Source: Yuukianura sp. NJ FZ-2021
Taxonomy: Eukaryota
Direction: 5' to 3'
NCBI GenBank assembly: GCA_046563655.1
Contig: CM102288.1
Span: 6,014,001-6,078,000 of the forward strand
Length of the DNA: 64,000 nucleotides
The notes under the pieces: generated by a model
Database searches by the model: none
Seen by the model: only the letters and a program-made list of their open reading frames with translations
What the model was told of the DNA's origin: nothing
Part shown: positions 38,101 to 53,969 of the stretch, piece after piece
Layout of the letters: every line of letters starts with the position of its first letter
How positions within the stretch are numbered: the stretch's first letter is position 1
Program-made: the position numbers and the translations under genes

Positions 38101-38276
38101 TGAACCCTGACCCGAACGGCGTACAGTGGCCTCCAGTGGATGGAAATGGCACTGGTATGGTATGGTACAACCTGGACGACGTACCAAAACTGGTAGAACC
38201 ATTTACAGACAGAATGCTGCTGTGGGATTCATTCGACTTCGACATGCTCTACAACAACTATGATCAAAATTTTTGA
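35187..38276 (+). CDS. Type-B carboxylesterase with N-terminal membrane anchor, multi-exon
   Basis: [77 protein letters not shown]; nucleophile [20 protein letters not shown]. Confidence 0.93.
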
Positions 38277-40967
38277 AACTTTTAAATTTTGAAATTTGAG
38301 AAAAATTTTAACAAAAAAAAAATTAAGTTTATGAATTGCGTGTTATTTGCTGTTTTACAAACAATTTTAAGACTACAATTTCAAAACTTTGATTTTTGTT
38401 TTTCAGGTTTTTGTTTTTCAAATTGTGATTTCAGGGTTAGAGAAATCTGGGAGATACTTTTTTAGGTTTAAATTTTGTTTCTGCTTTTCCTTTTTACTAA
38501 TTTTGTGGATCATTCTGGATCTTTCGTTAGTTTTGATGCAGTTGTGTGTCGTGTATGTTGTAAAATCATATCGAACTCTGTGATAAGTCTTAGATTCACT
38601 AGAGTATACAAGAGTTTTAGTGAAGTTGACCTTTGACCTGAGTGAACCTGCTTCAACTGAATAGAAATCTCATCGAAACCGGAACAGTGGAACTGTACTA
38701 AAAGCCAGGTACTTTTCCATTTCAAACTTATTTCAACCACTTCACATCCTGAACAAAAGAAAAAACACAAATCCAGTCGTTCACCCCTCACCAATTGTTT
38801 TCAAAAAATCAAGTTTTGTTTCAGCAAATTTTCAAAAAACAAAAACATTTTGGAAATCTTTTACTAAAAACTTCAAATCCTCCACACACAGCATTTCCTG
38901 GGAGTTACGCTTTACCTACTAGGTGAGCATTAAATTACCTTTGTTTTGAAAAACTTTCATAACCTTTTAGAAAAAATTTGCATCACATTAACATCACGAA
39001 CGGAGTTACAAAATTTGTGAAATTTTGGAAACACCATACTAAAAGCAGATCAAGGTCCATGGGCGTTCGGTTTTATCATTTTTGCATTTTTTTTTGCAAT
39101 TTGTCAGCTTTTGCTCAAAACTCTCAGATTTCTGGAAAAGAAGGGCAAGAGATCAATTTACAATCTCATATGTCGGTTAGTTTGTAAATTTTGTTTTGAG
39201 CAATTTCACATTTAAAACTACCATTTTTTTTTTTTTAAAAATTGCAACAACCTTCATACAAGGTCAAAAGTCCGACTCAACATTGGCGTCACTTTGACAT
39301 CTTTCAGTGTGGAAGGTAAAGGACGCTCAAATCTGGAAAAAACAAAATTTCTTGCAATTCAATAAAAATTCAATTTAGATTTTTTTGCGTTGAATACAAT
39401 GATGTGCTGAATCAATAAATTTGAAGAGCCTGACTCTGACTCATGTTGAACAATGTTTGTTCGCAGTATCTTTTGAATGGTGTTGCTAAATCATCCATTT
39501 GTGTATTACGATTCCAAAATCCTATCTTTGCCCTTTGTCATCCAAACATTCTGATCTTGTTTTCCAAAACTTTGAAGTAAGCAACTTCCAATGTTTATTT
39601 TTCTCAGACCGGTGCACATTTCTTACATTTTTGCAAATTTTGTAATTTACGTCATCATCCGCATCATTTCATATCACAATTTAAGACTAATGACCGTTTA
39701 TCAAAAGATGATTGGCGTCATCACATAATGTTCAATTACAAAGAGGCTACACTTAATTTACTAACAAAATCCCTTCTAATTTCTTCCACTATTATGCGGA
39801 AAATTATGGTATTTCACTTAAGTATGCTTATGCAACGCTTATAACACAAAATTGCACCTGAGTTTTTTTGGCGTCTGGGAAAGAGATGAGACTGCAAAAA
39901 AATCGAAGCGGGTCGGCTTTGCATGTGAACACAAAATTTATTGCTGAAATTGCATGCAGTCAAGGTCGTTTCCAAATCCTTGATTCCAGAACGTGTAACT
40001 GGAGTGATTTTCCACAATTAAGAGGATTCCAGTTGTTAAGTGAGGCTCAAATGCATCAGGTCAGGTCATTACACTTAAGAAAAAACAATCCGGATTAACC
40101 TAAGATTCTTCACACTCACAATTTCAACTTGAAACTTTGAAGTTTCAAGTGTATCCTTATCAGGCAAGCTCTTTACTACATTTGTGTCCAGCTAACTAAC
40201 TTTGTCCCGCAAAAGTTATCTCTGGAACTACTCAAACTGTCCAGAAATTGATAAGCCAGGAGACGGAGCTATCGGCGTGTCAGAGTCTATGCTAAGTGTA
40301 TCAGTACTTCAATTACTCCGTTGTCATCTAATTGTGTTCTTAAGTTCGCACAAACATCATTGTCTAACTGTCGTCACTCTTTTCAGGTAAACTCCGCAGC
40401 GTGGATAGACGATACGAGTTCTGGACGGGGTAGTGTCAAGGACAGGCACACTAATCACACAAATCAAGAGTCAAGAGAAGAGTCTGTGTCCGTGTCCAGT
40501 GTCAGTTCAGTTGTGACGAAGACGAAGTGGAGTCCGTGTCTGTATCCAGTGTCACTTCAGTTGCGAAGCAGCACGTGAACCAGGCGTATCCAAGTCTAAG
40601 CTCCTCCGTTGTGTTTCAGATATCACCGTTGTTATCGAAGAACCAGGAGGACACTCGACTAATTTGCTCCTCTTGAATCAGCAGACCCTGGATTGGGTGA
40701 ATCGAGCTCGATGGTTGATCAAAATATTTTCATTTGCGAGAAACCCACTGCCAACTACTGTTCCAAGTTACCGGTGACTGGATCCCACTCCAGTAAACTC
40801 CAAAGTACTACCAATATCTTCAAAATTACTGCCGGCAGCTTCAAAGTCAGGCCGCTCGGAGTCAAAAGTTCATCAGAGATCCAGTTCCGGTGTTATTGTG
40901 TCACAAAATCAATACTAAAGTTAAGAACAGTAGAGCCTTAAAGGTAAAGTTCTGAGAATCTAGTGAC

Positions 40968-43900
40968 ATGAGTACTAATCGCGGAATCAAGGGGACGAAG
41001 ACACGGTCCTACCGGGGGTATGGATCTACTTCGTCCAGTGCTCACTCGTCAATAGAACGGGACAGAGACAGAGTTGCTCACAATCGAGCTCTACTGGAAA
41101 ACATGCATGTAAGTTCCGGTGTCAAGGTTAAATCCAGTGATTTTCATACAACACTTTTCTAAAAAGTTAATTTTCCAAAAAATGTGTTCAATTTTTCTGT
41201 TTTTCAGGAACCTTTGCTGAATCAAATTCGACAGCACACGGCCGCCGAGACGCATGGCCCGTTTCCATCCAAGTTCAAAGAAATCTCAAGGATACGGAGA
41301 AGGTTCCACAGAAAAACGAAAATTTCGACAGTAATTAAGTGATTCGTTACTGAATTACTTTTGATTGATGTGTTTTTTAGACCGATGCTGCGGACCAAAT
41401 CCGAATCGGACTTTCCCGGACACGTGAGTGAGGAGCAAGTGGAGGAAATTCGTGCCAAATTGATCCATGACCACAACATTCCATCGTATCACTTAAAAAA
41501 AGTGCCGAAGTTTACGCACCGGCAGAAACTCGTTCTTGCGTCGCTTGCAATCGTGGATTTCTCTGCGTTTTGCTCCATGAGTATTCTGGCTCCGTTTTTT
41601 CCGCAAAAAGCAGAGGAAAAGGGAGTCTCGACGACAATGTCGGGATTCATCTTCTCCTTCTACGCGCTCATTGTGTTTCTAGGTATGACCAATTTTTTCA
41701 AAATTTTGAAACTTTGAATTTAGAAATACAAAATTTTATAAACTTTGATTTTTATGTTAGCGTCTCCAATGATGGGCGTGATGGCGGGAAAAGTGGGGCC
41801 GAGGTTTCTGCTGCTCGTGGGTGTGTTCATGTGTGGTGTTGCCAATATCATGTTTGGGTAAGATTCAAGGAGTTGTGCTTTTTCAAAAAGTTTTTGAAAA
41901 AACTATCTTCATTTTTTGACTTTTTTTTTCGAAAATGTGTTTTGTAATTTTTTTTGTTTGCTTTGTGTGCAGATTGCTGGACATGATTGAGTCCGGCCTT
42001 GTTTTCACTGTTTACTGTTTTATTGTTCGTTTCTTTGAAGCCATTGGAGCAGCAGCTTTTTCTACGGCCAGCTACACTTATGTCGCCAAGCTTTTTCCAG
42101 ATAATATCGGAGCTGTGCTCGTAAGTAACCAAAAAACGTCAACGCAAGCACCAAAAACGTTTTTTTTTTAAAATAATCTTTGAATTTTTGACCAGGGAAT
42201 TTTGGAAACTTTTGTTGGACTCGGGTGAGTTGTAATTAAAAAAAATGAAAGTGAATCAAGCCTGTCAGGAGTTTTTAGAAATCAGAAATTTTGACCTTTC
42301 AATTTCTTCTTTTCAGGCTAAGCGTTGGGCCAGCTATTGGTGGCGTTCTGTACGACGTGAGTTAACTTCCAGCCACAACTATTTCATCAAAATTCAAATT
42401 ATTTTTTGGAAACAAGTTTCCCGCCTTTTTGATTTGACTTTTATTTGAATTGCAGTGGGGTGGGTACGGCCTTCCATTTTGGGTGTTGGGTGGATTTATA
42501 CTGCTGACGATTCCGATCAACATGCTGCTGCTGCCCGGCAGTGAGTGCAATGCTGACGAGGAACAGCAAGAGAGCATGTGGAAACTGTTCAGAATTAAAC
42601 CAATCATCATCATCGCCCTTATCGTCGTCATCGTGTCCAATGCATGGGGGTTCCTTGACCCCACACTGGCCACGCATCTCGCTGAGGTAACATTTCAAAA
42701 TTTTGAAAAAAAAAATTGAAATTTTATTTTATGAAATGTGTCGAACTAATCTTTTTAGTTCAACTTGTCTGCTAAGCAACTGGGTCTGTTTTTTTTGCTG
42801 TGCTCCGCTCTCTACGGCTTATCGTCTCCATTGTGGGGCTACATCGCTGATCAAATGACACGGACGTGGATTCTGATGGTGGTGGGACTTGTGCTGTCAG
42901 CATTCGGACTCATGCTGCTCGGACCTTCACCGTTTCTACCATTCAAAAAGTAACATTTCAAAAAAAAAGTTTCAAAAAATACAACTTGACAAAAAATTTA
43001 CAGCAATTTTAAATTTTGGAAACAGCTCCATTCCATTGAACATCTTAGCACTCGTAATCCTTGGACTGGCCATCTCCATGGCGCTGCTGCCAACGTTCGA
43101 ATCCATGCTGGACTTTGCGATGTAAAAAGTCCATTACAAAAAAAAATACAATGAGTTTTACTTCAACATTTTAACTTTGAACTTTTTTTCATGTTTTAAC
43201 ATCGTGTTTTAACTTTTCAGCGATGGAGGTTATCCAGACGATGTGAGGCTGTATGGACTCATCGCTGGTCTCTGGTCTTCCATGTACTCTCTTGGGTAAG
43301 CTAAAACTAAAGTTGAAGTCGCAATTTCACTGAATTTTTCCGCAATTCCCCTCACTGTTACTGCAATTCTTAACTTTTCTGCAATTCCACTCAAGTTTGT
43401 TTTTGCAATTCCATCCTGATCTGACTTTCCTAATCCTGACGTTTTCCAAAAGTCCTTCTGCAGAAAGTTAGATGGTGCGATGATGTTTTAAAAACACAAT
43501 ATTTTAGAATTTTTTGAATTTTCATAAAAAAGGAAAATCCACTTTTACTAAACTTTATTTACTAAAAATTTTCTATTGCAGAGAAGTGATAGGTCCTGCG
43601 CTGGGAGCTTCCTTGACTGACCATTTCGGTTTCGAAATTGCTGCGACAGTACAATGTGGCCTGTGTTTAGTGTTGGTGAGTTTACAAATCTTGTTTTTTT
43701 TAATTTAAGTATTTAAGTTTGTTCAACTAAAACAATCGGAGTGTTAGAATTAGAAATCTATGTTTGATTGATTGATTAATTGATTACCAGGGGATCATCG
43801 TTTTGATTTACTTTGTCGGATTCTACCGGATACCTCCGCATTCAGCGAGTCGTGGCGAGCGTGACCGAGAACGGGACAAATTGATTCCGGAAATATCCGA

Positions 43901-44333
43901 CAGTGGAATCAGCGAAAACGACGAAAATGCTATTTCCAGCGCCTCTTCGTTGCAGTCACTTCCGTCTTTGGCAGCATCCATCAAACCTTATCATCACTCG
44001 GGAATAGTCATTGACATGCGTGAAGAAAACGAAAAAACCCCACTCCTCACGCCACCTCCGCGTCGTCGTGGTTACAGTTTCGATGATTGTCAAGTTTCTG
44101 TAAGAAATCGGAAGCAGTCGGATGTGCTCAACCAATATGCGTCCATGGTTCCGCCATCTCCGTCCCATGTAATCAGTATACCACAAAGTGATCGTCGTCA
44201 TGGCAGCCAAGAGATTACTCACCGGCAGCATCCAGCATACAGTAGCCAGCATCCAGCACTGGAATGCAGTGTCAGCTATCCAGAAGTCCTGAAGACCATT
44301 AGCATCACGGCCTTTGGAGCAGTCGAAGTCTAA
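40968..44333 (+). CDS. MFS transporter, SLC18B1-like, multi-exon
   Basis: DFSAFCSMSILAPFFP..A..KG, RFFEAIGAAAFSTASY, GILETFVGLG|LSVGPAIGGVLY, WGFLDPTL, GLWSSMYSLG|EVIGP. Confidence 0.9.
43428..43543 (+). repeat. Copy of the dispersed intronic repeat also found at 6534-6730
   Basis: TCCTAATCCTGACGTTTTCCAAAAGTCCTTCTGCAGAAAGTTAGATGGTGCGATGATGTTTT aligns by eye with 6534 onward. Confidence 0.85.
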
Positions 44334-44520
44334 ACGTTTTAAAAACGTTTTCCGACAGAACGTTTCGTTTTTAGAAAGTTGGAAAGGAAAAACCGTTTTG
44401 AAAACGTTTTTTGACAAGACGTTAACGTTTTGTTTTTGGTTTTTAGAAAGGTGGAAACGAACCAACGTTTTGAAAACGTTTTTTGACAAAACGTTAACGT
44501 TTCGTTTTTCGCTTTTTAGA
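44331..44520 (+). repeat. AACGTT-rich tandem repeat right after the SLC18B1-like stop codon
   Basis: Three imperfect units containing (A)ACGTTTT.AAAACGTTTTT.GACA..ACGTT. Confidence 0.8.
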
Positions 44521-44940
44521 ATGTTGGAAAATTTCAGGTCCACTTTTACCGTTCACCAGTGTTCATCATTAGTCATATGCTCAATTGCTTAACTAATTAG
44601 TTACACAATTAATTATAAGTTGTATATAATTTTAAATCGGTACTCGTGTTAACTAACTATTACGCTCAACAAGGTATTACAAAAAATACACAAGTCAGCA
44701 ATAATTGTTTTATTTTTACTTAAGTACAAAGTCCCTGTTCCAAAACATGTTGCTCATATTGTACTTTACTATAGTACCAAAGACATCACAGTAATCCGCA
44801 TATCTTTGATGGTGCGAATAAAAATCCATGACCTGGCATAACTTTGCCTAAAAATTCTTCACCTTACAATTTACCTACACTAACGCCAATTCTAATAATA
44901 AGTTAGATTATTATAATATATACTATGATCTTACATACTA

Positions 44941-45163
44941 CAGTAAAAACCTCTCATTTGGAAACTCACTCTGATTCGTTTAACCTTTTCCGTGTTTACC
45001 GTTTCTCAGTACCTTACTACAACTACAGTGCATTGAACAAATTTGACCATCTAACTTATAAAAAGTGTAAAAAGTAGACTCGCCTTAGAATGTTACCTTT
45101 TAAGGTATTTCTAAAAAGTAACGCGAAAAAAAATACAAAGTTTCCAAATGAGAGGTTTCACTG
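44941..45163. mobile_element. Tc1/mariner(pogo)-type MITE, 223 bp, flanked by TA
   Basis: TA|CAGTAAAAACCTCTCATTTGGAAACT ... AGTTTCCAAATGAGAGGTTTCACTG|TA: ~25-bp TIRs starting CAGT, TA on both sides, no coding capacity. Confidence 0.85.
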
Positions 45164-45322
45164 TAAGGCATAATTTCGTTTCAGAGTATAGCCGTTGAGA
45201 GGCAAGATTCGGGTGCAGTGAGAATGAAAATTTTCGGAGTTCCCGCGTTTTAGTTAACCAAAATTCAAAATGCGTAGTAGAAAACCACTTTTTGATCATC
45301 AATTGATTGTTGATTGTAGATT

Positions 45323-49263
<3,941 letters not shown>

Positions 49264-50671
49264 TGTCACTTGGAGACGTGACCTTTACGTTGATCCGAGG
49301 TCGAGTAATTGACTTGTCATTAATCTACAAAATCCAGAAAATTCAATGAATTAGTTGTTCAGGTAATCTGTCAAATGACGTTCTGGTTCTATGCGGTTAA
49401 GTTTTATGGCTAAACCTTACTGTTGAATTCCAGTTGTGACTAGAACTGCCTCTTGTTCAGCAAGTGCTAAGTGGATAATTGAGTAAAATTGGAGAATAAT
49501 TGAGTAATTAAGTTATGAATACAAATTAATCAATTGACAAAGTCCAAGGTCAAGCTACGACAGCTGACCAGCTGCTTTTATTGGGTGTTTTTACAACTTG
49601 TTGTCAACATTAAGGGGGTACAATAATCCTCTGACATCGGATTCCTCCCATTCTCGGGTTGAAGTAGGCGGAGCTCTACTGGTTGTAAACAGCCAATGTT
49701 CAATTTAGTGCCGAATTCGTCAGCACCGAGTGTAACCACCCCCCGCCATATCTGCAACCACCGAGTGGTTACATACACTCAGACGGTTACGTGGAATTCC
49801 AGTCTTTTTAGTCATCTGGAGACGTATGTATAGTATACGACAAGCTGAAGAAGACTATTCATACGACTTTGTCTGGCCGTCCATCCGTTTTTAGGATCCC
49901 TTCGACTGAAACCTAAGCCCAATTCAGTTTGGCATTTCAAATCGTCCAACACTCGTTTCTTCTTCTTTTTTTAAATTTATATTTTAAAAGAAATATGGTT
50001 ATGTATCCTGCCAAGGTTATTCTATTATAAAATTGGTATTAGAGAAATCCATTCCTAGCTGCGAACTAATTTTTTTTACAAGTAAGTTACGATTTACGGC
50101 CCAAATTCGGTTTTGGCTTTATTTAAGGCTACTTCACACTTACAATGAACGTGGCAACAATATTCCTGGCATTGCATTTGAATTTTACTCAAGCAATTTC
50201 AAAGTCACTCAAATTGCGTGATCGCTCACACTAGTAACATATTTTTTGAAAAGTGTTAGGCTGTGGTCCCTCCTAAGGTCATCATCATCAGTTAAAACTA
50301 ACTTGTCGACCTCATCTGAGGTTATCATATCCACTTTTCCACAAAGCTGAATTGGACTATATGCAGTGTTAGTGGATGTTTAAACGTCCATCGGCTTGAT
50401 TGTCACATCCAGCTGCACTGGATATCCAGCCGTGGATGAAACTTCGAAAAAGTGGATATTTACAATCTACCAACACTGGTAGATTGCCTACGCCATTCCA
50501 GTAGGGTTAAACCAAACCGCAAGAAATCATAATAAGATCAGTCTCTAATTGCACTTCAGACTTAACAAGCCCTTTCGTGCTCCGTTAAAAAATTGTAACG
50601 TTTAGTTTTTGACGTCTCTAAACTAAAGTTTCTCAACAGTCTCATTTTCTAGAACAATCTTGAGGTTGGAA

Positions 50672-52017
50672 ATGCAAGACCCCGCTAGGTACGACAATTA
50701 TAATTCAATAGCTGGGCAGAGTATTTCCCAATTCCTACCAGAAATAATTCGGCGCATGCGATGGAAGACTGGCGAAATTATTTTGGATTTTGGTTGTGGA
50801 GCGGGAACGACAGCTTCAAAGCATCTGCTACCGATGGCCAAATTGCACAATTCTAGAATCGAAGGAGTCGACATTTCAAAAGTAATGGTGGAGTATGCGC
50901 AGAAGAAATATTCGCATCCCCTACTCCAATTTTACCAGTCAGACGTTTTGCATTCCAACTCTTCCCTTACCGACAAAACTTTTGACAAAATTTTCTCAAC
51001 TCATGTTTTTCATCTAATCAAGAAGCCCGGGTAAGTCGGACTCAAAATGGATACTCCATCGCTCAATTGAGGGTTTACTGCATGGAGACTGATAGCTCAA
51101 GGGTTAGAGTGCTTCCGGGATAGATGCGAATACTTATAGTAGGTCATAACCGACAATCCAATAATCGGCAATGCAAATACCGACAATCAAATATCGACAA
51201 TTTCTAAAATCGACAATCCTTTCACCGACAATCCTAATCGATAATCGATAATTTCAAAAATCGACAATCACATAGCTTATATGTAGTAATGCGAAGTTCA
51301 GGGGTCACATAATATGAGCCCTGAACTTCACATTACTACAGTAGAAATACTGGGCAAAAAATTCTAACTTGTTTTTTTTTTCTACATGCAGAGCCATTTT
51401 TGACGCACTTTTCAAAATTTTGCAACCTGGCGGAGAAATTGGAATAACAGCACCAACGAACACTCTTGCCGTTGACTTTTTGGAGGACATTGTTCGGAAT
51501 TATAAGTGGAGCTCCTATGCTAGAGTTAGATCTTAGATATACCCAAACATTTAATTCAATTGTGCTTTTATGTAACTTTTGAAACTAATTTTTCATTTTG
51601 TCAACAAGAGCACCGAATCGCCTTACGCTCCTTGGTTTGGCACACGGAGCGAACAGTCTGGTGAGGAGAGTTTGCGCAATGGCCTCGAACAGGCTGGGTT
51701 TGTCATCTCCGAAATCCGAACCGAAACCGGAACGTACGCCGATGACTTGGAAATATTGGCAGGTAAGAACACTTTCCTTCAATTCCTCGTAAAGGTAAAG
51801 GAAGAAAAAGCTAAACTTATTTCTAGAGCTGCTTATGTCGGTGGCGTCATGCTCGCTTCAAGTTCCTGCGGAGTTAACGGATCAACTCAAGAATGACATT
51901 CGCACTCTATTTCGCAAGTGCGATGTTGGGAATCCAGCAGATGTAGGAAGTGCCTCCACTATTCATGTCCAGGGCAGTACAGTCATATGCGTAGCTTCTA
52001 AACCCTTGTTGGAATAA
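50672..52017 (+). CDS. Juvenile hormone acid O-methyltransferase-like SAM methyltransferase; ~4 exons
   Basis: MQDPARYDNYNS, WKTGEIILDFGCGAG, GVDISKVMVEYA, FDKIFSTHVFH, ILQPGG, SPY. Confidence 0.85.
51083..51125 (+). mobile_element. tRNA-derived SINE-like copy 4 (truncated, A-box half)
   Basis: TGGAGACTGATAGCTCAAGGGTTAGAGTGCTTCCGGGATAGA is nearly identical to 63017 onward. Confidence 0.7.
51148..51271 (+). repeat. CGACAATC-type short tandem repeat in intron
   Basis: About 9 imperfect (A/C)CGACAATC units. Confidence 0.8.
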
Positions 52018-53969
52018 TAAATGAATTGTCAATTTTCGTGGTAAATTTTCCAATGGCTGAGGCCGATTTCCCCTTGTTGTAGATAACGGTGCGAGTTAGG
52101 AAAATTTCATACATGTGTTAATTTTTCACATGGAGTAATCGTAAATTGAGGCATTACTCGTTCATTGACCATAAGCCACAAACCTCCACTTTTTGCCAAT
52201 TAACAGAAACGAAACTTTTTATCTCATCGCTTGTAATGTGACTTTTAAAATCTTGGAGTCGAGTTCTTAAATCTCACATTCCTACAATTTACATAAATTA
52301 CATAATATGAAAAATTACGTTATGTAGATGAAATAAGTCTAGACCTCATTTCTTCAATTTTTATGGAAATATAGAGTTACTGTATGTAAATAACACACTT
52401 TTATTTACTGTTTCACTTTTTCTAAAACAAGTTTTAATTTCTTTTTTGTAATTTCCTTTGTTCTTTGAAATTTTGGTTACTGTTAACTGTGTTTGCACCC
52501 ATTCTACGCACATTCCACACTATTTTGTTCCTGACCTAGTGAGAACTTTGTGTTATCAGAGAAATCTTAACGGTTGGGTGCGGGACGTTTTGAAGCGTTG
52601 AGGAACTTGAGTTTTTAACACGGTTCGATGGATTGGGATGGATTCTAGGTCAACTCAGATTCCAATTGGCACTAAATTTTTAACACCTTTAACTTAAGTA
52701 ACAACAATGTTCTAAAACAATGCAAAACAGCAGGGCAGGAATGAAATTTGGCACGCTTCAATGAACATTGCGCAGCTACAGGGTTAGAAACCAACCGTTA
52801 GTTTGTCACGAGCAACATTTTTATTCCATTTCACAAAAAAAACGCAAAAAGTTGCTTCGCTTTCACATTTGAGTGGAAAAAATTCTCTTTTCGATGACTT
52901 TTGAAATGTGTTGCAAATTTCAAAGTTGGGTTTTGGATGTAAGGTTGAGTAAAATTTAAAGTTGCAAACCTTTTATGAGTGTTGTGTTAGTCTTTTTGTG
53001 AGTAGAATGTAAGTTAGGCTAGGATGTGTTTTTGTGTTTAGTACTTTTCATCCCCCTCACGTACGAGGTAAGGAAGTGAAAGGTAAGAGAGAAATGTGAA
53101 TTTGTTACATAATGGGAAACAAATGAGAAATTTACCCTGTTCACTCACCCCCGCATGCCAAAGTGAGTCCTCGTTTAGTCTTACGTGAAATTTCAACAAA
53201 CATTTTGTACTTGCTTATCCTCTTTTGCACACACTACGAGTACAGGAGACTCATGTACGGACTCTAGTGTACTGTCGTTCTCACATTCAAGCAGTTTAAG
53301 TAGGACATACACTCCAGCATAGTACTTCCGTATTTCAGCAACTGGTTGGTATAAATAATTCCAAGTCAAATTTTGTCACATGATCATATTTCGTATGCAA
53401 ATATTACAACCGGCAATGTTAAATATCAAATACTAAATACTAAACATTAAATAGTAAATACTTATTAAATAGTTAATAGTAAATAGTACTAAATATTATA
53501 TAAAATCTCTTGTCGTTCTTGAAGTGCCGTACTTGAAAATCCGTCCAGAAGCGTCCGAGTAGCGTGGAATTGTTCCACTTAACTTGAGAGTTGAGTTTCA
53601 TCCCTTGAGAGTGTATCCTACCAACGGAGTTCTCACAACAAAAGGAAGTAGAGTTCCTATGTCACCCCTCCCTCCACCAGAATGTAGGTTAAGTTCTCCT
53701 GTCATTGTCCTCACTTCCCCCCGGGGGAAACTGTTGCAAGTACTGCCAAGTATTTTCATTATACTGCTCTGTTTCTTCTCAAGTGTTGTGCTCTGGACAG
53801 TCTCTCGTGTCATTGTGCAAAAGTGTGCAGAATTTTGACAATTGTACAGTATTTGATGTAGACTGGTAGAAAAGTACCCCCATTTGGGGAAAACAGGTCA
53901 TCTGAGGTCAAGGTTAGAGTACAGTTTGGTAGATTACAGTTTTGTAGATTACAGTTTAGTAGAGTGAAG

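Noticed and set aside
43956..44592. 195-aa and 92-aa ORFs with repeated motifs
   Set aside because: Produced by the AACGTT tandem repeat and the antisense strand of the SLC18B1-like last exon.
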